Position numbers and translations under genes: made by a program. From an uncultured Gammaproteobacteria bacterium (GTDB lineage Bacteria; Patescibacteriota; Patescibacteriia; VMEV01; CAYQCH01), in assembly GCA_964503955.1 (NCBI GenBank), contig CAZDCG010000002.1, positions 141,047 through 205,046 on the forward strand: a DNA stretch of 64,000 nt. The letters run 5' to 3'. The notes beneath the pieces were generated by a model that saw only the letters and a program-made list of their open reading frames with translations, made no database searches and had not been told where the DNA came from. How positions within the stretch are numbered: position 1 is the stretch's first letter; each line of letters starts with the position of its first letter. This document shows, in pieces, positions 57,359 to 64,000 of the stretch.

Positions 57359-58180
57359 ATGAAATACCTTATCTTTGGAAACGGCTACTTGGCCAATAAA
57401 TTCAAAAACTCGCTTGAGAATGCCGTCATTGATCTTGCCCGAATCGATAATGCTGACCAGGTTCGTGAGGCAATCAAGAAACATCAGCCCGATGTGGTGG
57501 TCAATTGCGCCGCGCGCACGGGAACCCCAAATATCGACTGGTGTGAAGATCATAAGCTTGAGACGCTCGACAGCAATTTGCGCGGACCGCTGACATTGCT
57601 TTCTGTCTGCACCGAACTGAATCAATACTGGGTGCAAATCGGCAGCGGATGTATCTATCAAGGAGACAATAACGGCAAAGGCTGGTCTGAAGAAGACGCG
57701 CCAAATTTCACCGGCAGCTACTACAGCAAGGTGAAGGCGTGGATGAATGATATTCTCAAAGACTATCCGGTGCTGCAGCTTCGTCTGCGTATGCCGCTTG
57801 ATTCAGAACCAAGTCCGCGTAATTTCATTACCAAAATTGCCAATTACGAGAAAGTCATCAGCATGCCTAATTCCATTACTGTGATTGATGATCTTGTCGA
57901 GGCGCTTAGGCTGCTCACGGAGAAAAAGAAAACCGGAATTTATAATGTGACCAATCCCGGTGCGATTGATCATAAAGAGATTTTAGAAGCGTATAAGGAA
58001 ATCGTAGATCCTAACCATAAAGCCGAATATATCTCCATAGAAGAATTAGCGAAATTGACCAAAGCACCTCGCTCCAACTGCATCTTAACGACCGCGAAGC
58101 TGGAGGCTGAAGGCATCCTTTTGCCGCCGATCCGCGAGCGGCTGCCTGAAATTTTGAAAGCCTACAAAGAGAAATTATGA
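57359..58180 (+). CDS. NDP-4-keto-6-deoxyhexose 3,5-epimerase/4-reductase (NRS/ER, RmlD-like SDR)
   Basis: GNGYL, NCAA.TG.PN.DWCE, SGCIY, PNF.GSYYS.VK, LR.RMP, RNFITKI, RSNC.L. Confidence 0.85.
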   Translation: MKYLIFGNGYLANKFKNSLENAVIDLARIDNADQVREAIKKHQPDVVVNCAARTGTPNIDWCEDHKLETLDSNLRGPLTLLSVCTELNQYWVQIGSGCIYQGDNNGKGWSEEDAPNFTGSYYSKVKAWMNDILKDYPVLQLRLRMPLDSEPSPRNFITKIANYEKVISMPNSITVIDDLVEALRLLTEKKKTGIYNVTNPGAIDHKEILEAYKEIVDPNHKAEYISIEELAKLTKAPRSNCILTTAKLEAEGILLPPIRERLPEILKAYKEKL

Positions 58181-58941
58181 ATGTTCCCGGCTTAGTTGTG
58201 CTCTTCATTGGGGGGTGGACCGTCGAAAACGGGGAGGTTGCGCCTTCCGAACAATTTTTACACGAAATCGTCAGCTGCTACCCGGCTGAATTGATCGACG
58301 GGAAAGGGAAAAACCTGACAGGTCAGTACGCTGATATCGGGCACTTGGATGCAACAACCTCGCTTGCGTCCATGCTTGAGGAAAACAAAATCCAGCAGAT
58401 TGCGGTGGGCGATCAAAGCCGCTATGGGTTGTTAAATCAGATTCAGGGAACATCGTCTCAAGCCAAGCAGCGGAATCGCTATATCGTTACGCCGCCTATG
58501 CGGACCTTGGCCGAAGATCCGGCTGCGACCGCGTCTGCGATCACGCAGGCTGTCATTGATGAGCTGCGCCGCACGCCCACCGATACCCTTGTTTGGGCGG
58601 CGCTGGGGTCAATTGCCATTGCTCAGGCCTATGGCAATCCTCAGCTTATTTCAGGCGCGGCAAGCGAAGTCGAGCGAGCCGTGGAAAAGCTCATCGCGAA
58701 TCTGCTTGAATTAAAAGCGCGCTTGCTCCTTGTGGGCGAAGCGCCGGCCAAAGGCCTTGCTCCGGTCGTTTTTGTGGACGGCCGCTGCGAGGGGTTGCAA
58801 TCCCATGCCGATTTATCATCCGGCCACTTCAAGGCTTCCGGCGCAACCGAGGATTTTGCGCCTACGGTGTTTTCTCTTTTGCAAATTCCGGTGCCAAAAA
58901 CCATGCCTGGAAATCTCCTCTTTCCTCGCATTATCGCATAG
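58177..58941 (+). CDS. Degenerate iPGM (alkaline-phosphatase-superfamily) domain protein
   Basis: Aligns by eye to the GpmI termini: VVLFIGGW, IGHL, DFAPTV..LL.IP.P..M.G..L. Confidence 0.65.
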   Translation: MNVPGLVVLFIGGWTVENGEVAPSEQFLHEIVSCYPAELIDGKGKNLTGQYADIGHLDATTSLASMLEENKIQQIAVGDQSRYGLLNQIQGTSSQAKQRNRYIVTPPMRTLAEDPAATASAITQAVIDELRRTPTDTLVWAALGSIAIAQAYGNPQLISGAASEVERAVEKLIANLLELKARLLLVGEAPAKGLAPVVFVDGRCEGLQSHADLSSGHFKASGATEDFAPTVFSLLQIPVPKTMPGNLLFPRIIA

Positions 58942-58945
58942 CCAT

Positions 58946-59311
58946 ATGACTCAATTAAGCGGTACCATCCAGAAAGGCGCGGGGCAGGCAGGCGAGCTTG
59001 GCGCGCCAACCATCAACCTCGTCATTGATCTGCCCGAAGAAATCGCTTCAGGGGTTTATGCCGCGACTGCCGAGCTTGAGGATACGGCACATAACGGTGT
59101 TTGTTTTATCGGGCGCGCCCATTTGCTTGAAGGGGCTCCGCTGCGCGTGGAAATGCATTTATTCAACTTTTCGGGCGGCGATTTGACGGGCAAGCCTGTA
59201 ACGATCAAACTGCAAAAACACCTGCGTGATGAAATTCCATTTACAAGCAATGAACAGGCGCAGCAAATCATCACAAAGGATTTAGAAACAGCAAGGAACT
59301 ATTTTAACTGA
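58946..59311 (+). CDS. Stand-alone riboflavin kinase domain
   Basis: G...G...LGAPTIN, GVY, E.HLFNF..GDL.G, LRDE..F. Confidence 0.85.
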   Translation: MTQLSGTIQKGAGQAGELGAPTINLVIDLPEEIASGVYAATAELEDTAHNGVCFIGRAHLLEGAPLRVEMHLFNFSGGDLTGKPVTIKLQKHLRDEIPFTSNEQAQQIITKDLETARNYFN

Positions 59312-59313
59312 TT

Positions 59314-59910
59314 ATGTTTACCGGAATTATTGAACATCTTGGAAGGGTAAAAGCCAGAGAGGAACTTGGATCTGAGCAAAAGCTCGTCATTCATGCGGAG
59401 GGAACTTTTTCCGATGTCAAAAACGGGGAAAGCATCGCGGTAAACGGCGTTTGTCTAACCGTTGTGTCGTTTACGCCGGACGAGGCTGTTTTCATGCTGG
59501 GGCCTGAAACCATCAAGCGAAGCAATCTTGGTTTTCTTAAACCTGATGATACAGTGAATCTGGAATTTTCTTTGCGCATGAATGACCGTCTGGGAGGACA
59601 TTTTGTGCAGGGGCATGTGGATGATACAGCTGAAATCGTCCACCTTGAGACGGAAGGGACAACCATGTGGATGACAGTTCGTCTGCCTGAATCGGCTCGC
59701 CCGTATCTGGCGGCAAAAGGCTCGATTGCCATTAACGGCGTAAGCCTGACGATTGCGAAGAAGGACGAGCTTGATATTTCCATCATGCTGATGGATTACA
59801 CCTTGGTTAAAACCAATCTTTCCGAGGTGAAACTTGGAGACAGGCTGAACGTGGAATATGATTTTCTCGCCAAGCTCGTCCATGAACAACTTAAACAGGC
59901 ACAACAATGA
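59314..59910 (+). CDS. ribE: Riboflavin synthase (alpha chain)
   Basis: MFTGII, SIAVNGVCLTV, GGHFVQGHVD, KGSIAINGVSLT. Confidence 0.95.
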   Translation: MFTGIIEHLGRVKAREELGSEQKLVIHAEGTFSDVKNGESIAVNGVCLTVVSFTPDEAVFMLGPETIKRSNLGFLKPDDTVNLEFSLRMNDRLGGHFVQGHVDDTAEIVHLETEGTTMWMTVRLPESARPYLAAKGSIAINGVSLTIAKKDELDISIMLMDYTLVKTNLSEVKLGDRLNVEYDFLAKLVHEQLKQAQQ

Positions 59911-60371
59911 AAACCAATACATTTACTGAACGGCAAAGCGTGAAAGGGGCGCGCATTGCGATTGTTCGAGCCCGATTCAACGAAACCGTTACCCAGCGCA
60001 TGCTCTACGGCTGCTTGCAAACGCTTGAAGACGCGGGTATGAAGGAAGCGGATATCAAAACCGTGGAAGTGCCGGGTGCGTTTGAAATTCCGTTTGCCGT
60101 CAACAAGCTTGCCCAAAGCGGTGACTACCATGCCGTCATCACGATCGGCTGCGTTTTGCGTGGCGAAACACCGCATGACGTGTATATCAGCAATGCGGTA
60201 ATTCCTGAACTGCAAAAAATCAGTCTCGCCCATAACGTGCCTGTCTTGCTTGGGATCATCACGCCCGTTAATCAAGAACAAGCCGAAGCTCGTTCATCCG
60301 GAGAAGGGAATAAGGGCATTGAAGTCGCGAAAGCGGCCCTGGAGATGATCGATCTTGTTAGGAGTTTATAG
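59907..60371 (+). CDS. ribH: 6,7-dimethyl-8-ribityllumazine synthase
   Basis: ARFN, VPGAFEIP, GCVLRGETPH, QA.AR, NKG.E.A. Confidence 0.95.
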   Translation: MKTNTFTERQSVKGARIAIVRARFNETVTQRMLYGCLQTLEDAGMKEADIKTVEVPGAFEIPFAVNKLAQSGDYHAVITIGCVLRGETPHDVYISNAVIPELQKISLAHNVPVLLGIITPVNQEQAEARSSGEGNKGIEVAKAALEMIDLVRSL

Positions 60372-60380
60372 TTTGTGAAT

Positions 60381-60456
60381 CTGTCGGGCGAGGGGCTCCG
60401 TCCTCGCCCGGATCACCGAATTTCTCATAGGCGGAGATAGAACCTCCGCCCGACAG
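60381..60456. repeat. REP-like doublet
   Basis: CTGTCGGGCGAGG...CCTCGCCCG and GGCGGAG...CTCCGCCCGACAG. Confidence 0.6.
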
Positions 60457-60479
60457 GTATCCGTAACCTATAATCGCGT

Positions 60480-61550
60480 ATGAACGCCGTGATCCTCGCT
60501 GGTGGACAAGGCACGAGGCTCTGGCCCATGTCCCGGCGGAACAAACCCAAGCAATTTTTCGAGCTGCTCTCCGAGCATCCTTTGATCGTGGACGCGTATC
60601 ATCGTTTGCGGCCGCGCTTTGAGCCGTCGCAAATCCATATCGCGACCATTCCGGAATTCGCTGAGATGATCGCCAAGCTTCTGCCCGAAATTCCACAGGA
60701 AAACTATTTCATCGAACCGCATAAACGCGACAGCGGTCCTGCCATGGCTTTTGCGGCGTTCTCGCTCAAGAAGCTTGGCAAAGGGGATGAGCCCGTTGTG
60801 TTCATTCCAACCGATCACTTCATCGCTCAGGAGAACAAGTTTCTTGACGCTCTGGCTGTGGGGGAGCAGCTCATACAAGAGACCGGAAAAATGCTTGATA
60901 TTGCCATTCTTCCTCGGTTTGCAAGCACCGAACTGGGTTATACCCAGATCGGGGCGTCCTACGGGAAATACGGAGACGTGGAAGTCTTTCAGTTTGCAAG
61001 CCACAAAGAAAAACCGGATCGAAAAACCGCCCTTGGCTATATCCAGTCCGGATCCTATCTCTGGCATGCAAACTACTATATGTGGACGCCGTCGCTGCTG
61101 CTTGAAGCCTACGGAAAGTACGCGCCGGAAATCGCCAGCTTGCTTGAGGAGATCAGCGCAGAGCCCGACCATCTCGAAGAAATCTATGGCCGCATGCCGG
61201 TACGATCGATCGATTACGCCGTGACGGAAAAGATGGATCCGTTCCAGGTTCTGATCATTCGAGGTGATTTCGGCTGGAGCGACATTGGAACCTGGAACGT
61301 TTTATACGACAGGCTTTCAGAATTGAACGGTGAAGACGGAAACGTGGTAAAAGGAAAAACCGTCACTATCGATTCGAATCGGAATTTGATTTACGGCAGC
61401 AATGAGAAGCTGATCGCGACCATCGGGATCCATGATATGATTATTGTCGATACCAAAGACGGGCTGCTCATCTGCCCGCAATCAAGAGCCAGCGAAGTAA
61501 AAACGCTGCTCGCTAAAGTTGAGCACGAGGGGTTAGAAGATTATCTATGA
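60480..61550 (+). CDS. manC: Mannose-1-phosphate guanylyltransferase
   Basis: ILAGGQGTRLWPMSR..PKQF, PTDH, EKP, SIDYAV.EK, WSDIG.W. Confidence 0.93.
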   Translation: MNAVILAGGQGTRLWPMSRRNKPKQFFELLSEHPLIVDAYHRLRPRFEPSQIHIATIPEFAEMIAKLLPEIPQENYFIEPHKRDSGPAMAFAAFSLKKLGKGDEPVVFIPTDHFIAQENKFLDALAVGEQLIQETGKMLDIAILPRFASTELGYTQIGASYGKYGDVEVFQFASHKEKPDRKTALGYIQSGSYLWHANYYMWTPSLLLEAYGKYAPEIASLLEEISAEPDHLEEIYGRMPVRSIDYAVTEKMDPFQVLIIRGDFGWSDIGTWNVLYDRLSELNGEDGNVVKGKTVTIDSNRNLIYGSNEKLIATIGIHDMIIVDTKDGLLICPQSRASEVKTLLAKVEHEGLEDYL

Positions 61551-62560
61551 AAAAACTTTTTTTGATCGTTTTGCTTATTGTCATTGCGGCTGGAGGTTTC
61601 TGGTATGCCGGTCTTCGTTCAAGTTTCAAAAAGAATCTGAATCTTTCTGAAGAGCAGGACTATGTCGTCACGCAGGGGAGCACGCTGTATTCCGTCGCAA
61701 GGGATTTGGATGAAAAAGGCATTATCGAAGATGCAGACACCTTGATCTGGCTGCATCGTTTGGAAAAAGGCGGAACAATCTTTGCCGGCACCTATCTGCT
61801 TGCTCCCTCCATGACCGTTAACGATCTCTATGGCGTGCTGACGTCGGGGGAAACTCAGTCCGACGAGGTGACCGTAAAAGTCATCGAAGGCTGGACGCTT
61901 GTTCAGATCGCCGACGCGCTTGTAGAAGCGGGGTTGGCGCAAGATTCGGATGCATTTCTTGAGCTTGCTTCAGACGCGGGCCCTTTCAAGCAGGAATTCT
62001 CCATACTAGCCGATATCCCCGCGGGCCAGGGGCTTGAGGGATATCTTTTCCCGGACACCTATCGTTTCTTTGCGGACGCTTCTCTGGATGATGTCATCAG
62101 AAAAATGGTTGACCACCTTGAAACCCAGGTGACAAGCGAGATGCGCGCGGCCGCAGAAGCAAGAGGAATGGACTTGCATGAGCTGATGATTTTGGCGAGC
62201 ATCGTCGAAAAAGAAGTCCGTTCAGAAGACGAAATGCGCACGGTGGCGGGAATCTTCACCAATCGGCTTGAGATCGGCATGGCATTGCAGGCGGATTCAA
62301 CCGTAAACTACATCACAAGCAGCGGCCGCGCGCGATCAACCTTAGAGGATTTGCAAATTGACTCGCCGTATAATACCTATAAGCACGCCGGCCTCACGCC
62401 GGGGCCGATCAGCAATCCCGGCTTGCGCGCGATCCAGGCGGCAGTCAACCCTGCAGACACAGAATATCTCTATTTCCTCACCGACCTCTCCGGCGATGTC
62501 TACTATGCCTCAACCCATGACCAGCATCTCTATAATCGCCGGTATCTTGACCAGGAATAG
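61547..62560 (+). CDS. mltG: Endolytic transglycosylase MltG
   Basis: EGYLFPDTY, LASIVEKE, NRL...M.LQAD.T, SPYNTY..GL.PGPI.NPG. Confidence 0.95.
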   Translation: MKKLFLIVLLIVIAAGGFWYAGLRSSFKKNLNLSEEQDYVVTQGSTLYSVARDLDEKGIIEDADTLIWLHRLEKGGTIFAGTYLLAPSMTVNDLYGVLTSGETQSDEVTVKVIEGWTLVQIADALVEAGLAQDSDAFLELASDAGPFKQEFSILADIPAGQGLEGYLFPDTYRFFADASLDDVIRKMVDHLETQVTSEMRAAAEARGMDLHELMILASIVEKEVRSEDEMRTVAGIFTNRLEIGMALQADSTVNYITSSGRARSTLEDLQIDSPYNTYKHAGLTPGPISNPGLRAIQAAVNPADTEYLYFLTDLSGDVYYASTHDQHLYNRRYLDQE

Positions 62561-62699
62561 GTTAGTTTTTAGGAAGTGGTAAGGAAATTGCACATTCATA
62601 CCAAGTTCCTATCGTTTGATGAGGTCGAGCAGCTTGTTTTCCGTTATTTGCTGTGTTATCATTGCACCGATTTACAGGCCGATTCTCGTCTGTACCTTC

Positions 62700-63125
62700 A
62701 TGTTGAAAATCACCATTCTTCAAGTCGCCAAAACCAAGTCTCCGGAGCTACAGGCTCTGATCCGGGAATATCACAAACGCCTCGGGGGTTCTGCCATTCT
62801 TGAAGAAATCACCGTTAAGAAAGAGAGCGAGCTTTGGGAGAAAGCGCCTGAGAGCGCGTATACCATTCTTCTCGACAATACAGGCAAGCCGTTTGATTCT
62901 CAGCAATTGGCACAATTCATTGAAGAACGAAAAAATCAGGGAGATTCTCACCTGATTTTTTTTATTGGCCCCGCAGACGGATTCACGGATATTCAGATTA
63001 AACCCAATCTCAAGCTGTCCCTTTCCGCCATGACCTTCTCGCATCAGACGGTTAGACTTCTCCTCGCTGAGCAATTGTATAGAGCGTTTTGTGTGTTGGA
63101 AGGAAAACCATTCTCTAAGCATTAG
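62700..63125 (+). CDS. rlmH: 23S rRNA pseudouridine-1915 N3-methyltransferase
   Basis: LD..GK..DS..LA, FFIG.ADG, LSLS.MTF.H...RLLL.EQLYRA. Confidence 0.9.
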   Translation: MLKITILQVAKTKSPELQALIREYHKRLGGSAILEEITVKKESELWEKAPESAYTILLDNTGKPFDSQQLAQFIEERKNQGDSHLIFFIGPADGFTDIQIKPNLKLSLSAMTFSHQTVRLLLAEQLYRAFCVLEGKPFSKH

Positions 63126-63571
63126 TTTTTAGGTTTTAGTTTGTAGTTTTTAGTGATATGCCGAGTAACACAATAACCTCTTATCAAGATCTGATTGTCT
63201 GGCAGAAAAGCATGGTATTAGTGAAATCCATTTATCGGTTAACAAAGGATTTACCTGATGAAGAGAAGTTTGGTCTGGTTAGTCAGATGCGCAGATGTTC
63301 GATCTCAATACCATCTAACATTGCTGAGGGGACAAGGCGCTCTTCTAGAAAAGACTATCGAAGTTTTTTGAGAATCGGGTATGGATCTATCGCCGAGCTT
63401 GAAACGCAGTTGATTCTATGCAAAGAACTGGGGTTTCTTTCAGCAGATGCTTTGGCAGAACCAATGAATTTGCTGACGGAAGTATCAAAAATGTTGAATA
63501 CAATGATTGCTAACTTGTCGGTTTAGGTGAAGAGAAGAAACTAATACCTAACACCTAAAACCTAAAAACTA
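63122..63571. repeat. Inverted 7-mer arrays flanking the four-helix-bundle gene
   Basis: TAGTTTTTAGGTTTTAGTTTGTAGTTTTTAG upstream; AACTAATACCTAACACCTAAAACCTAAAAACTA downstream. Confidence 0.75.
63158..63526 (+). CDS. Four helix bundle protein (23S rRNA IVP-like family)
   Basis: DL.VWQK...L...IY..T...P..EKFGL.SQMRR..ISIPSNIAEG..R......F..I..GS..EL.TQL. Confidence 0.93.
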   Translation: MPSNTITSYQDLIVWQKSMVLVKSIYRLTKDLPDEEKFGLVSQMRRCSISIPSNIAEGTRRSSRKDYRSFLRIGYGSIAELETQLILCKELGFLSADALAEPMNLLTEVSKMLNTMIANLSV

Positions 63572-64000
63572 TGAAAGTCATTTTCTCCCTCGGAGGATCC
63601 CTGATCGTTCCGGATCAAATCGACGCTGATTTCTTGCGCGAATTCAAACAGATCGTTACCGATAATCTCGAAGAGTACCAGCAATTCATCATCGTGACAG
63701 GGGGAGGGAAGACGGCTCGGCGGTATCAGCAGGCGGCCAAAGACGTAAATGACCCGGTTGAAGAAGATCTCGACTGGCTCGGCATTCATTCATCCCGCCT
63801 GAACGGGCATTTGATGCGTACCATCTTTAAAAAGCATGCCGATCCTGAAATGATCACTTCGCCGGATAAGATGACGCCCAGAGAAGCAAAAATTTTGATC
63901 GGCGCGGGGTACCGGCCCGGCAATTCCACAGACTACGTCGCCACGCTTTTTGCTCAGGCCTACGGCATCAAAACGATCGTAAACCTGTCTAATATCGATC
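63571..64000 (+). CDS. pyrH: UMP kinase, archaeal-type (runs off the window end)
   Basis: MKVIFSLGGSLIVP...IVTGGGKTARRYQ...DWLGI...RLN...PGNSTDYVA...NLSNID; absent from the ORF track because there is no stop in the window. Confidence 0.88.
   Translation, partial: MKVIFSLGGSLIVPDQIDADFLREFKQIVTDNLEEYQQFIIVTGGGKTARRYQQAAKDVNDPVEEDLDWLGIHSSRLNGHLMRTIFKKHADPEMITSPDKMTPREAKILIGAGYRPGNSTDYVATLFAQAYGIKTIVNLSNID

Noticed and set aside
60468-61172. Long antisense ORFs (also 6090-6773, 7981-8751, 38657-39304)
   Set aside because: They fully overlap better-supported genes on the opposite strand and have no recognisable motifs.
63158-63526. Diversity-generating retroelement (Avd-like gene)
   Set aside because: No reverse transcriptase and no TR/VR pair with adenine-specific mismatches in the window.

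Overview
Bacterial chromosomal segment whose gene content and style point to a CPR/Patescibacteria genome (inference from DUF4012 and large Ig-like membrane proteins, archaeal-type PyrH, and core genes starting at 'TATG' without Shine-Dalgarno). The left end holds an unusual class II (B12-dependent) ribonucleotide reductase with two complete, diverged catalytic domains in one chain. It is followed by an AT-rich orphan two-component pair and a cobalamin-salvage cluster (CobO, a cobalamin riboswitch, two DUF4430/transcobalamin-like proteins and a solitary S-component-like protein), which a GC-rich cassette interrupts. The middle is housekeeping (tgt, xseAB, rplU, recR, ybaB, dnaB, tRNA-Lys, P-type ATPase, mgtE, tsaC, gpmI, murE, gdhA, S8 protease). 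The right part has a surface-glycosylation cluster, a CarS-like/CDP-alcohol phosphotransferase lipid operon, a degenerate iPGM paralog, late riboflavin genes, manC, mltG, rlmH, a four-helix-bundle gene and pyrH. Intergenic spaces carry several families of palindromes and inverted 7-9-mer tandem arrays, some bracketing small nuclease or four-helix-bundle genes. All family assignments come from motif recognition by eye, not from database searches.
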